This document shows, piece after piece, positions 24,528 to 35,893 of a stretch of 64,000 nt of DNA; within the stretch, counting starts at the first letter, position 1; every line of letters starts with the position of its first letter. The position numbers were made by a program, and so were the translations under genes. Location: the NCBI GenBank assembly GCA_963921275.4, contig OZ001293.3:2304001-2368000 (forward strand), written 5' to 3'. Source of the DNA: an uncultured Hormoscilla sp. Its GTDB lineage: Bacteria > Cyanobacteriota > Cyanobacteriia > Cyanobacteriales > Desertifilaceae. The notes under the pieces were generated by a model. The model saw only the letters and a program-made list of their open reading frames with translations, did not search any database and was not told where the DNA came from.

Positions 24528-26099
24528 TCATCCAGCCTGTATAGATTTTGGCTGGCAGTAGTCTACCCCAGAACCGTACTGCCACGCATCTATCAAGCGA
24601 CGGTAGTAGTATTGTTGCACTCCAGGTAAGGCTTTTGTCCAGGGGGCGATCGACCGTCCCAAAGGATACAATGCCGTGTAAGCCACTAGGTTGGTATAGT
24701 GAACCATCCAGTAAGCCAAGGTTTTCAGTCCGACTTGCCCAATTACTTTGACAATTAAGTCCGGCTGACGGACGGTTGCTTGCAGCAGGGTTTGGGATAA
24801 ACCGTGCAACTGTACGACATCTTGGAGAAACGGACGGAGTACCTCATCTCCAAGCTCAGACATAATCGTAAATACTTCCGACAGTAGGCGGTTGATTCGA
24901 TCTGGGGGAATTGTTTGTTCCAGGCCGACGCTCATTGACCGTTGAAACAGCCAGGTAAGGTCGAGATTGGGTTGATAAGGTTGTAAGATTGCTAGATCCT
25001 GGCGGGAAAGGGCGCTATGAGTCAGGGCATCCTGAATCCCTGCTGTCAGACGCTTCAGGTGGCGAATCATGGCACCAAATCCGCCGAAACTCAGAGGAGA
25101 TTGATTACCGCTACTGTCTCCTACAGGTAAAATGCGGTTGAAGGGGGTTTTTAAGGGGCTTTGCTGGTAGCAGGGGAAGAAGCCAAATAAGGCTCGTTGC
25201 CATTGCAATCGATCGAGGCCGATCTGCTGGTATTCTGGCAGGTAGCGCAGGTACTCGTCAAAGAGAAATTCTAGGCTAAAACGGTCTGGGTGAGCATCTA
25301 TATAGGTAAATAGGTATGTGGTTCTGCCATCCCTGGCCGGGAAGGCTTCCCAGAAATACTGGCATTGATAAAGTAGGGGAGTGAAGGAAACTAATATGTC
25401 GCCGGTGTCGTTGCGAGGAAACCCGCGAGCGCAGGTGCCGACTACTAGGCAGATGGCGTCTGGTTTTTTCCCCTGTCTTGCCTGCCGTCCTATAGGGGAA
25501 AAATGCCCCATTGCATCTAGTAATACGCGGCTATTGCAGGCCCGATCGCCCGCTAAAACCCTGAGACCATTTGGATGAATGACTGCCCCTGTAAAGGCTG
25601 TATTTTCCCACAGTTGACCGCCGGCGGCTATAAATTTATTTTTCAGGGTTTCTAGCAGATAGACTGGATCTACGCCGATATTGAGTACGTCGCGCACCCA
25701 GATATCGGGGCCACCATGGAAGCTGATGCGTGCTGGGTTATACTCGGTGACGATCGCCGTTTCCAGTTCCGCTGGCGTCAGTAACTCCAATTCTAAGAGC
25801 ACTTCTAGTTCCCGGCGGCAGATATTCCACTCTTGCTCTCGGCCCCGCAGGATTCCCCGTTCCATTACGGCCACGCGCAGCCCTTGTAATTGCAAGGCAC
25901 AGGCAATCATAATGCCTAATGTGCCACCGCAGACCACAACATCCCAATCTACCTCTGATAATGGGAGCGGGCTCTCTTGCACCGTCTGAGGTACGGGGTG
26001 GGTATTTTTTTTGATAGCTTGCCAGAGTCTATCGGCCTTACGCAGTCCGGATAGAACATCTCCTGGCAGTTGCGAGAGTATTTGTGCTGTTTGTGTCAT
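24528..26099 (-). CDS. cruP: FAD-dependent lycopene cyclase family protein (CruP-like)
   Basis: DVVVCGGTLG, GREQEWNI, QYFWEAFP, QSPLSFGGFG; length fits CruP rather than CruA. Confidence 0.75.
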   Translation of the reverse strand: MTQTAQILSQLPGDVLSGLRKADRLWQAIKKNTHPVPQTVQESPLPLSEVDWDVVVCGGTLGIMIACALQLQGLRVAVMERGILRGREQEWNICRRELEVLLELELLTPAELETAIVTEYNPARISFHGGPDIWVRDVLNIGVDPVYLLETLKNKFIAAGGQLWENTAFTGAVIHPNGLRVLAGDRACNSRVLLDAMGHFSPIGRQARQGKKPDAICLVVGTCARGFPRNDTGDILVSFTPLLYQCQYFWEAFPARDGRTTYLFTYIDAHPDRFSLEFLFDEYLRYLPEYQQIGLDRLQWQRALFGFFPCYQQSPLKTPFNRILPVGDSSGNQSPLSFGGFGAMIRHLKRLTAGIQDALTHSALSRQDLAILQPYQPNLDLTWLFQRSMSVGLEQTIPPDRINRLLSEVFTIMSELGDEVLRPFLQDVVQLHGLSQTLLQATVRQPDLIVKVIGQVGLKTLAYWMVHYTNLVAYTALYPLGRSIAPWTKALPGVQQYYYRRLIDAWQYGSGVDYCQPKSIQAG

Positions 26100-26253
26100 G
26101 AGACAAGATAACTGCATCACGGATGCACTCAGTACCACCATCTTAACCTGTCTGGAGAGCTTTCCGTGCAGTTATCGGTGCCGATGTCTCTAGGGGACTC
26201 GATTTTAGATTTTCTGACAAGATATAATTATCCGATTCCAGACCCAAGTTGCA

Positions 26254-26640
26254 CTAATCTCCCAGTTCTATTTTCAGAAGCACTCTTTTCGAGTCCTTCA
26301 CGTCCCCTGGTACTCGGAACAAGTTGAGGCTGTCCCCTGAATCCCTGAGATCGTCAACCACCACTTCTGTTCGTTCGTCTATTCTCAATTTATTCTCTTC
26401 GCGGCTTCTTGAGAGATCCGTCGATGCCTCAACACCCGGTTGGGACGCTCTTTCAAATGACCTCTGGTAATCTGAAGAGGTCGTGCGACTCTCGATGGTA
26501 CGCAGAGATTCACCCGAGAGGGTTACATCTGCTTCCCTTGATGGTCTGCCTGACTGCGCCTGTGCCACTGATGTCCACCAGACTGCTACAAATGCTATCG
26601 CTAAGACTGCTTGTGCTTGAGTGCGAATTATTTTTTTCAT
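26254..26640 (-). CDS. Secreted hypothetical protein
   Basis: Signal peptide ending AQAQ; 128 aa. Confidence 0.65.
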   Translation of the reverse strand: MKKIIRTQAQAVLAIAFVAVWWTSVAQAQSGRPSREADVTLSGESLRTIESRTTSSDYQRSFERASQPGVEASTDLSRSREENKLRIDERTEVVVDDLRDSGDSLNLFRVPGDVKDSKRVLLKIELGD

Positions 26641-26978
26641 GGCTTATTTATTATATCTACTATGTTTTTTGCCTCTCCCGATCTTTGGTCTTTTGGTGGA
26701 CTTACGCAACTTGTCCCGTTCAACACTACCGGTACCGTCTGATGGGCTATCTCTGGTGCCCTATCTAGTGCCTGTGCGTAAGTCCTGCTTTCTTTACTCT
26801 AACTAGATTCTTTCAGGCTGTCAAGCCATTCGATCGCCCGATCTACCCACCGCCAGCACTTTCCCTGTCAGTTGTCAGTAGCGTAGCCTGTAGGGCGGAT
26901 CGCCTGCCCGTCAGTTGTTCGTTGTCAATTCTCCTCGTTCCCTGGCTCCCGCCTGAGAACGCAATTCTCCATTTTCAC

Positions 26979-28223
26979 TTAGACAAATCTGTGAATAAAT
27001 TCATAAGTCCAATCTACTCTTCCTTTGCGTAACATCGCTGGATCGAGTCTTTCTGTGGTATTACAAGTCATCAACACGACTAATTTTTGTTGCATCTGCA
27101 CCCCGGATTCTTCTATCACACTATTGTACAATGTTCCATCCAGTAAACTCAGGATATGCTCGGTTTTATTATTTCCTTGAGCTACTGCCATTGAGCGATC
27201 TTGGGCCAAGTTATCTGCTTCATTGATGATGATACAAATCCGTTCCAGGTAACTGGGGGGGATAAAGTTTTCTACCGCATCATGGTCGAGGATAAAAATT
27301 ACATATCCTAGGGGCATTAATATTTCTTTGGCCACTGCTTGCGTCCAGGCTGTTTTCCCCGTGCCTGGTTCTCCTTGTACGAGAACTGCTAGCTGGTTTT
27401 GGTCGATTATTGCCTGCTGAACTTTGTCAGTGAAGCTTTGGATATCTGCTGGAAATGTTCTAATTTGAAACTGAGAATGTACCTGTCCAATCCGATTTTG
27501 ATAACCGCTTAGCATCACTGCTAGATTGTAAGTGGCTTTATTCACCAGTGGGGCAATGTCTTGGGCTATCAGCCTGTAGCGTCGCCTGCTTCGGCCCAGG
27601 TTGTCTATTTGCAGCCAAACTTGAAACTTTGACCAGTAAGCGGAAACGCTGCCCAGGGTTTCCACCCTTTCCCAACTGGTAAATTTATCTACAGGATAAT
27701 AAAAATGTCGGTCTAGGTAATACTGTGTTATTAATTCTGGCTTGGACAATAATTCCAGAATCTTGAAAACGGTAATCTCCTGGAGCCGGTTCAGGACATA
27801 ATCGATGGGAATGCGATCGCGGCTGACTGACTGGACTATTGGTGCTTCTGTACTGATAACATCTTTGTATCGATAATCTGGGGCTAGTGGCTGGGGAGTT
27901 ATGTAATCCCAAAATTCATCCAATTCATATCGGGTGTTTTCTGAGAAGAGATTAAATATATTGGCCCACCAGCTATATTGAGTCCGACCTAATGCATCTG
28001 CTATATCGCTGACTAAATCCAAGGTTTTCTGTGTCAATTTCCACGGATCGTTAGACACCAGATGCCGGAAATATTCCCAATCAAATTCTCTATTTAAATG
28101 TCGCCAACCTGCTGTTAGTAACCCTCGGCTTTGATGGTTGTTATATCCTGATTCTGGGTAGCCAAAGTCTCTTGAGTCCATTGCTTCAATTTCTCGTATT
28201 ATGTTCTCTAATTCTGGATCCAT
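26979..28223 (-). CDS. AAA+ ATPase with an uncharacterised N-terminal region
   Basis: GEPGTGKT, IIINEAD, second region of homology LDPAMLRKGRVD. Confidence 0.85.
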   Translation of the reverse strand: MDPELENIIREIEAMDSRDFGYPESGYNNHQSRGLLTAGWRHLNREFDWEYFRHLVSNDPWKLTQKTLDLVSDIADALGRTQYSWWANIFNLFSENTRYELDEFWDYITPQPLAPDYRYKDVISTEAPIVQSVSRDRIPIDYVLNRLQEITVFKILELLSKPELITQYYLDRHFYYPVDKFTSWERVETLGSVSAYWSKFQVWLQIDNLGRSRRRYRLIAQDIAPLVNKATYNLAVMLSGYQNRIGQVHSQFQIRTFPADIQSFTDKVQQAIIDQNQLAVLVQGEPGTGKTAWTQAVAKEILMPLGYVIFILDHDAVENFIPPSYLERICIIINEADNLAQDRSMAVAQGNNKTEHILSLLDGTLYNSVIEESGVQMQQKLVVLMTCNTTERLDPAMLRKGRVDWTYEFIHRFV

Positions 28224-28574
28224 GTCAGTTGTCAGTTGTCAGTTGTCAGTAGCGTAGCCTGTAGGACGGGCGGGACGCCTGTCCGTCAGATGCGTAGGAC
28301 GGGCGGGACGCCTGTCCGTCAGTTGTCGGCACCATCTCAATTAACGGGTAATTACGTCTAAGAATAAAATACTTAGAAACGGCTCTGGACATGCTCTCTC
28401 TAAACTGGTGGTAAGGAGGAGACTTGCTGCTGCCCGTCTCTATTATACCTCTTTTAGTTGTTAAGGGCCAACCCTCCTCATTATTATAACAGGGACAATA
28501 GCCGATCGCCCGTAGTTTTCTGGCTGTTTTGGCGATCGCCAACAAACCGGTTGAGAGGCGAAGGGGGTCTCTTA

Positions 28575-29407
<833 letters not shown>

Positions 29408-29408
<1 letters not shown>

Positions 29409-29940
29409 TACACCTCTACTAGATACTCCGGGGGAACGCGATCGACTAACCAAACTCGGTTTTCGGTACAGTAGAAATTATAACCTGCGGCGTGCATGGC
29501 GGCGGCATCTACGGCAAAATTACTGGACGACCTTTGCCTACATTTCGTGCTGTGGCAATATCTGTCGATAAATGCACGTGGTGTCGCGACATTTTACAAA
29601 TACCCATCTGCATAATTGACTCAACGGCATGGTGGAAAGTGCCGTGGTAAAGTACATCTGGAGGAATTTGGGATTTCAACTGCAAGTCTACTTCTACAGT
29701 ATGCCCTTGGTTGGCACGAATGCGCGTGGGGTCGAAGGAGAACCTTTTTTTGTCGTTATTTCTGACCACCTCTTTTAATTCATTCTCGAAAATGTGAAAT
29801 TTATCTTTTTGACAAGCTGCTAAGAGTTCTGCGACCGAAACCCAGCCTCCCGGTTGCAGTTCTAAACCTATTCTGTCGGGACTATGCCGCAGATGTTTAC
29901 TCAGGTATTTGCTGATTTTTACTAATCGATTATTTTTCAT
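29408..29940 (-). pseudogene. kptA: RNA 2'-phosphotransferase (Tpt1/KptA), frameshifted near 29512
   Basis: SKYLSKHLRH, IRANQGH, LYHGT, RHHVHLS; the C-terminal VWLVDRVPPEYL is in a shifted frame. Confidence 0.88.
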
Positions 29941-30143
29941 TTCTTTCAGATATTTAAGTATTTATCCGTTCAGCCCCCTTTCCCACCCTCACCAAAATTA
30001 TAGACCTGCGGTTGTCACTTTCACAATGTACCCTTGTAACATTGATGGGCTTAATTTGTAAGTCGGATTTGAACCCACGGGCTTCCCTAATGCCTACCAA
30101 GATGATAACATCATTTTCCAACTTACCCAGTTGGTGATCGCTT

Positions 30144-30622
30144 CTATTGGCTACCAACTATATCGATTAGTTCTTTAGTCCAATTTGCTGCTTGTATTTT
30201 CCTGTCTAACTCCCGATATTCTCTAAACATTTTATCCATTTGCCCTTGCCGTTCGACAAGGTCGATCTTACTGAAGGTTTTGATTTGCGATCGCCCGTAC
30301 CTATTTGGGGCCACAGCAGCTGCATTTACCATATTATCATATAGGCGGGGTTTTAGCAAGAGGGGAGCTTTCTGGGCTAAAGCATCTGATCTCGTCATCG
30401 GAGTCTTCTCGAGTTCCCCGTGAATTGGTAGAGTCGATTTTCACAAATCTATTGTACCAGTTCATTCACCGTTGCGTCCAATGAGCGATCTGGGCTTGCG
30501 GATCTTTTGGGGGTGCTTCTCCTTACTGCACTTGGGCACTTCTGGTTAATCTTTATCGCAACTGTTAGATTTTCTTCTGACTATATGCTCTCGGAATCAG
30601 CGCTTCGGCTAATTTTATCTGT
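30144..30622 (-). pseudogene. DIP1984-family protein, degraded
   Basis: N-terminal KLAEALI behind GAGGT with a mutated start; C-terminal YRELDRKIQAANW. Confidence 0.7.
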
Positions 30623-30794
30623 TTTTACCTCTTGTTGCCAATTGTCCTCTCATCTATATATGGCTATTATTGACTAGGCAAATTAACTGTAAACTGTTAT
30701 CCGTTCCTACAATAGCATAATTATGAGCAATTGACCAACTAAATATGCTATATTAGTAAACAGGAGCGTCAAACTGCGATCGCAACCATTCTCA

Positions 30795-31552
30795 ATGAAA
30801 ACGGATTCCATATTTTATAAGTTATTCCAAAGGTTCCCCAGGATATTTTTTGAGCTCATCGGTCAATCGCCAAGTTCATGCTGAAGCATACAGATTTACT
30901 TCGGTAGAACTCAAACAGCCGACATTCCGCATGGATGGGCTGCTGAAGCTGCCTGATGATACCATAGATGAACCAGTATACATCACAGAGGTGCAGTTCC
31001 TGCCGAAACCAGACTTCTACTGGCGTCTTTTTGCTGAAATCGCTCTCTACCTGGAACAAAAGAAACCAGATCGAGATTGGCACGCAGTAGCAATATTTGC
31101 GAGGCGCAGTCTGGATCCGGGCGTGCCGAGGCAGTATCGGGAATACCTGATGTCCGAGCAAGTGACGCGCATCTATCTGGATGAGTTGGTCCGGCAGCAG
31201 ATCGATCAGTGGGTTTGGGGATGATACAATTAATTGTGGAACTTCCAACAACCGCTGCTGCCCGATCGCGGCGATTAATTTAACAAGCACAACAGTCCTT
31301 TGAGGAAGAAGCGATCCGGCTGTTCTAGAATTGATTGAGACGATCGTCTTCTACAAGTTTACCACCCTAAGTAGTCAGGAAATTGAAAAAATGTTCGGAT
31401 GGAGCGAGTTTAAACAGACGAGAGTCTACCAAGAAGCCAAAGAAGAAGGTAAGTTAGAAACAATTCCTTTGTTTTTGCAACTGGGCTTGACTGTTGAACA
31501 GTACGAACCCGGAAGCATTAAAGTGCTTACTACGAACCCGGAAGCACTTTAG
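30795..31552 (+). pseudogene. Rpn/DUF2887-family protein copy 1, frameshifted
   Basis: MKTDSIFYKLFQ, FTSVELKQPTFRMDG, EVQF, TRVYQEA. Confidence 0.85.
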
Positions 31553-31595
31553 TGCTTACTACGAACCCGAAAGCACTAAAGTGCTTACTACGAAC
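31502..31595. repeat. 29-bp palindrome-containing tandem repeat, about 3 units
   Basis: TACGAACCCGGAAGCACTTTAGTGCTTAC-like units head to tail. Confidence 0.85.
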
Positions 31596-32169
31596 GGGCC
31601 GATCGCCCATTATTTCCTGCTCTTGCTTGACAAAGTAACCTTGACAATATCCGACCGATATTCCAGGCATCATCACCGCCTCGATGGTGAGTCCCTTCTA
31701 GAGGCAGATTGAGTATTTCTAAGGCCCGAGCCATGCCTACTTCTCGATCCATGGCATTAATAATTGCAAACAAGTTTTTGACATTGATATGCTTCGGACC
31801 AAAAGGATATTTGATCGATCGGGCTTGGCATTGTCTCTCGAATTGTCTTTTATCGTACTCTCCATAGCTGGCCCAAACTCGCTGATGCGTGCTATAATTT
31901 TTACGGAGAAGCGAACAAGCTTCCGCAAAATAAATTCCTGCGTCTACTTGTGACTGGGTTATGGTGGTCAGTTGGGTACAGAATTCACTCACTTGAGAAC
32001 GTTCTGGCTTGACTAAGATACTATCTTTTTCTATTGCTTGACCGGAAATGATATCAACTACGCAAATTCCGACCTCGATGACTTCATTTTCTTGACCTGC
32101 TGGCGGTTTACCTTGCCAGCAAGTCGCTTCTACGTCTACTACGATGATTCGATCTAGTTTATCTCCCAT
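31588..32169 (-). CDS. DEDDh 3'-5' exonuclease (KapD/ERI1-like)
   Basis: VVDVEATCW, EVIEVG, FCTQLTTI, GTHHRGGDDAWN. Confidence 0.88.
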   Translation of the reverse strand: MGDKLDRIIVVDVEATCWQGKPPAGQENEVIEVGICVVDIISGQAIEKDSILVKPERSQVSEFCTQLTTITQSQVDAGIYFAEACSLLRKNYSTHQRVWASYGEYDKRQFERQCQARSIKYPFGPKHINVKNLFAIINAMDREVGMARALEILNLPLEGTHHRGGDDAWNIGRILSRLLCQARAGNNGRSARS

Positions 32170-32208
32170 TTTTACACAAACGAGCGGGCTGCGGCCCACC
32201 CAATAAGA

Positions 32209-32601
32209 TTAACTATCTCGCGCGATCGCCTCTGGTTTCAGTAAGTTTGCCAATTTTTCTTTCGACCAAGTTTGCGTGGGATAGGCGATCGCGAATATCG
32301 ATTCCAGCCGAATCAACCACGTGATACATTTATATTCATCATCGTCTTCGTCATATTCATCGGGAGGTACTAACAGGATAATTTCCACAAACTCCTGGTC
32401 CAAATTTATCGGGATACCAGAGAAACTGTCCTCGGCTTCAATCTGAATTTTGCTCCCGCGATCGAGGGCTTCTTTTAACCGCTGGTACAGCAGATTATAC
32501 TTTTTCACCTGGGATTTTTTTGCCAAAATTTTTCTCCCTAAATTGCAAATAATGCTCGATTGAACTGGTCCGGATTCTCTCACAGAAGGGGCGATCGCCA
32601 C
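32209..32601 (-). CDS. Hypothetical protein (start uncertain)
   Basis: Open frame between the HNH relic and the exonuclease, same strand. Confidence 0.55.
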   Translation of the reverse strand: MAIAPSVRESGPVQSSIICNLGRKILAKKSQVKKYNLLYQRLKEALDRGSKIQIEAEDSFSGIPINLDQEFVEIILLVPPDEYDEDDDEYKCITWLIRLESIFAIAYPTQTWSKEKLANLLKPEAIARDS

Positions 32602-32604
32602 CTA

Positions 32605-32860
32605 TTTAACTTCTTTGGCGACGCACTTGTATGCGCCGGTCAGCCTTCTGCTTCCTCACCCATGACAAGAATTTTTCCATCTGAGGCTCGTTTTTCAGTT
32701 TTTCTATGGTATTGAATTCCTCCGCCAAGCGCTTGTTGTCAAACTTAGCATGGATCTGTCCGTGACAAGCAGCACAGATCTCAACGGTTGGACCGGGAGA
32801 CTGCTTTTTCCGTTTTGTCCTCTGTCGGGGTACTAGATGATGAACGGTCAGCTACCTCAT
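32605..32860 (-). pseudogene. Small HNH-like nuclease, 5' disrupted
   Basis: Manual translation: TVHHLVPRQ...ICAACHGQIH.KFDNKRLAEEFNTIEKL. Confidence 0.7.
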
Positions 32861-33140
32861 CTTGACGAATGCGATCGAGAATTGTCAAGTAGTCGGGATG
32901 CTGTTCGGCAAACCGTTGTCTCACCGCTGCGGCTGCCACTTGGTAAGCTATTTCCATTTTTACCTCTCGTTATCAATTTTCAATAATCGACTAATAGAAT
33001 TGAGCCATTAATATAATTGTTGGCTAATTTGAGCATGCAACTGTTATTATAGCCGACAATGATAGCATAATTATGAGCAATTGAAAAAAAATATGCTATT
33101 AGTAAACAGGACCGTCAAACTCCGAACCTAACCATCATTA

Positions 33141-34061
33141 ATGAAAACTGATTCCATATTTTATAAGTTATTCCAAAGGTTCCCGAGGATATTCTTTGAA
33201 CTCATCAGTCAATTGCCAGAACATCCGGAAGCATACAGATTCACTTCGGTAGAAATCAAACAGCCAACATTCCGGATGGATGGGCTGCTGAAGCTGCCTG
33301 ATGATACCATAGATGAACCAGTATACATCATCGAGGTGCAGTTTCAGCCCTTACCAGACTTCTACTGGCGTCTTTTTGCTGAAATCTCTCTCTACTTGGA
33401 ACAAGAGAAATCAGAGCGAGATTGGCAAGCAGTCGCGATATTTGCAAAGCGCAGTCTAGATCCGGTGTGCCGAGGCAATATCGGGGGTTTCTGATGTCTG
33501 AGCAAGTGACCCGCATCTATCTGGATGAGTTGGGTCCGGCAGCAGACCAGTCAGTGGGTTTGGGGATGATACAATTAATTGTAGAACCGGAATCAACCGC
33601 TGTTGAGCGATCGCGGCGCTTAATCCAGCAAGCACAGCAGGCGCTCAGGGAAGAAGCGATCGCTCATGATGTTCTAGAATTGATTAAGACGATCGTCTTC
33701 TACAAGTTTAAAAACCTAAGTAGTAAGGAGATTGAAGAAATGTTCAAATTGAGCGATTTAAAATAGACGAGGGTCTACCAAGAAGGCAAGGAATAAGTTA
33801 GAAACAATCCCTTTGTTTTTGCAACTGGGCTTGACAGTTGAACAGGTTGAGGAAATGTTATCCTTGAACGAATTTAAAATTACCAGGTTTTATCAAGAAG
33901 TTCAGGAAGAAAGCTTGTTAGAAAAAGTTCCTCGGCTATTGGCATTGGGTTTGACTGTCGAACAGTTGGCCCAAACATTAGATTTGGATATTGAAGTGGT
34001 GCGCCAAGCAGCATCACTGTCTGGATATGATACCGATCGGGGGGAAAATACAGTCAATTGA
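33141..34061 (+). pseudogene. Rpn/DUF2887-family protein copy 2, frameshifted with stops
   Basis: Paralog of 30795..; three ORF fragments. Confidence 0.85.
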
Positions 34062-34692
34062 CCTCTGGGGGGACATCTCAATTATGAGATACTCCCGACC
34101 TCTGGTTCCCAGGTTCTACCTGGGAACAGTATTCGGAGGCTCCCGCCTCTAAAAATTCCATCTCGGGTTAAGTCTCTCGCATCTTTAAAAAAATGGTATA
34201 AGCTAATTGTAGCTACCCTTGACAAAATGGTATTAGAGTCTATCCGTACCCAACTGTTGGTTGATTGACTCGCGTCTGGGGTGCATCTCATATTCGCAAA
34301 TCTATCTGTAGGGGCAAAGCATTCGGACGACAAATCATGACATAAAAAGTTATGCACTAGAGACGCAACACTGCGCATCTCTAGTATAGCTACTTATCAT
34401 CCCGAATCGGTAGCTGGGTCTCTATAATCTCCGCGCGCGCCGAAGGCGATCGATATCGACTCGTTTACCCTCCGGTGAATGGTAGTAGCCGGCATCGATA
34501 ATTTTCAGCGTCTCTTGCGGGATCGCCATCCGCTTCACTATCTTTTCTCCAAATGACTCTTACTAAAATATTACACCATTATCGATTTGTCTCATAGCCC
34601 GCCCGGGGTTCAAACCCCGGGCTAATAGCTAAAGTCGGTTGAAAACCGACTTGTAGAACATTTAGAGACATTAAAATTGGCGTTAAGCCAAG

Positions 34693-34740
34693 TACCCCTG
34701 GCAGGATTTGAACCTGCAAAGACGCCGCTCCTGAATAAGC
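34693..34740 (-). pseudogene. 3' half of a tRNA with a long variable region (possibly Leu-CAG)
   Basis: ...TTCAGGAGCGGCGTCTTTGCAGGTTCAAATCCTGCCAGGGGT: T-arm and acceptor 3' strand without a 5' half. Confidence 0.55.
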
Positions 34741-34809
34741 GATCGTCGGGTGCAACGATAATACATGTAATCTAGCCCGCGCAGGCGGGCTTTGTTTGTG
34801 TAGCCCCAC

Positions 34810-35105
34810 CCAGCGTATTAGCCTTATTCCGCTGGTTCTCAATGACGACGTTTAATGAACTTTCGCTTTCGCTAGTCATGGTCACTTACTCGACGTTGAC
34901 CGGTTTTAGGCTACCAGTTTTTCGCCTTTTAACCCCGCTTTACGGATTGATGCCATCGCTACCGTAGGGGTTATGTTTTTACTCCTGCACCTGGAGAGGT
35001 GGGCTTTCACCACCATCATCTATAAGTTCTCGGGGCTAATGTAACCCCGGTAGCGGTCCCACTCCTTGACTTGTGCCAAGTCAGTTTACGTTAAACGAAT
35101 CGCAC
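34810..35105 (-). mobile_element. Group II intron 5' fragment (domain I) inserted in a tRNA gene
   Basis: GTGCGATTCGTTT start; similar to the inner intron at 18547; shares the GAACCAGCG.AATAAGGCT...CGCTGG block with the full introns; cut off at a REP-like repeat near 34810. Confidence 0.88.
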
Positions 35106-35128
35106 CCCTACCATTGAGCTATGAGGCA
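35106..35128 (-). tRNA. 5' exon (23 nt) of an intron-interrupted tRNA; identity uncertain (Asn suspected from U1)
   Basis: TGCCTCA TA GCTC AATGGTA GGG directly followed by intron GTGCG; no 3' exon found. Confidence 0.7.
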
Positions 35129-35135
35129 ATAGCAA

Positions 35136-35209
35136 CCCCCCAGGTCAGAATTGAACTGACGACCTCCTGTTCTTCACACAGGCGCTCTGACCAACTGAGC
35201 TACCGAGGG
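35136..35209 (-). tRNA. trnF: tRNA-Phe(GAA)
   Basis: Anticodon arm CCTGT GT GAA GA ACAGG; T-arm GTCAG TTCAATT CTGAC. Confidence 0.85.
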
Positions 35210-35213
35210 AAAA

Positions 35214-35288
35214 CGAGAGCGGAGGGATTTGAACCCCCAAGTCTTCAGTTTCGTAGACTGACGTGTTCTCCAGTTACACTACGCTCTC
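35214..35288 (-). tRNA. trnR: tRNA-Arg(ACG)
   Basis: Anticodon arm TCAGT CT ACG AA ACTGA; acceptor GAGAGCG/CGCTCTC. Confidence 0.9.
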
Positions 35289-35292
35289 AAAG

Positions 35293-35381
35293 CGGAGAGG
35301 GAGGGATTTGAACCCTCGACGGTTTTTTAAACCGCTCTTTCTTAGCAGGAAAGTGCCTTATGACCACTCGGCCACCTATCC
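35293..35381 (-). tRNA. trnS: tRNA-Ser(GCT)
   Basis: CTTTC CT GCT AA GAAAG, long variable arm, G73; one acceptor mismatch. Confidence 0.88.
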
Positions 35382-35385
35382 AACA

Positions 35386-35467
35386 TGGGCCAGGTAGGAT
35401 TTGCACCTACAACGCATCAAGCGGGGGTTTTACAGACCCTTGCCCACGCTAATAGGCGGGCTGACCC
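35386..35467 (-). tRNA. trnY: tRNA-Tyr(GTA), atypical
   Basis: AGGGT CT GTA AA ACCCC; T-loop TGCAAAT instead of TTCRANY; position 8 is C. Confidence 0.7.
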
Positions 35468-35498
35468 AAAATTTTTGCCCTCAAAAAATGAAGGCTAA

Positions 35499-35571
35499 TA
35501 GCCCCAACGGGAATCGAACCCGTGTCTTCTGATCGAAAGTCAGAAATCCTTGACCGCTAGACGATGGGGCC
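35499..35571 (-). tRNA. trnE: tRNA-Glu(TTC)
   Basis: TCTGA CT TTC GA TCAGA; canonical T-arm. Confidence 0.9.
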
Positions 35572-35574
35572 ATT

Positions 35575-35649
35575 TGGCGCGGGGATTAGGATTTGAACCT
35601 AAAATTCCAGTTTTGGAGACCGGAGTGTTGCCAGTTACACCATCCCCAC
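35575..35649 (-). tRNA. trnW: tRNA-Trp(CCA), CCA end encoded
   Basis: CCGGT CT CCA AA ACTGG; G73 followed by CCA. Confidence 0.88.
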
Positions 35650-35651
35650 AT

Positions 35652-35727
35652 TGGTGGCAGCGGCGGGACTCGAACCCGCATCGACCAAGTTATGAGCTTA
35701 GCGCTTTGACCATTAAGCTATGCTGCT
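35652..35727 (-). tRNA. tRNA with CAT anticodon (Met/Ile2), CCA encoded
   Basis: CTAAG CT CAT AA CTTGG; A1:C72 and A7:C66 mismatches. Confidence 0.8.
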
Positions 35728-35737
35728 CGATCGCCAG

Positions 35738-35810
35738 AGGGGAGAGCGGGAGTCGAACCCGCGATTTTCCGCTTTGCAGGCGGACGCCTTACCAACTTAG
35801 CTATCTCCCC
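35738..35810 (-). tRNA. trnC: tRNA-Cys(GCA)
   Basis: TCCGC CT GCA AA GCGGA; U73. Confidence 0.9.
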
Positions 35811-35887
35811 TGGGAGTCCCGACGAGATTTGAACTCGCATCTTCACCTTGAGGGGGTGACGGCTTCAACCAATTTGCCTACGGGACT
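35811..35887 (-). tRNA. tRNA with CTC anticodon (Glu), atypical, CCA encoded
   Basis: TCACC CC CTC AA GGTGA with C33; discriminator C. Confidence 0.7.
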
Positions 35888-35893
35888 TCGCGA

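Noticed and set aside
28246..28574. Extension of kptA or a new gene created by intron splicing
   Set aside because: The spliced frame adds only a short non-conserved-looking tail, and kptA is already frameshifted upstream.
31502..31595. Possible CRISPR array of 29-bp palindromic repeats
   Set aside because: Head-to-tail units with no spacers.
34693..34740. Candidate 3' exon of the intron-interrupted tRNA
   Set aside because: Its acceptor strand CAGGGGT cannot pair with TGCCTCA; it belongs to another tRNA.
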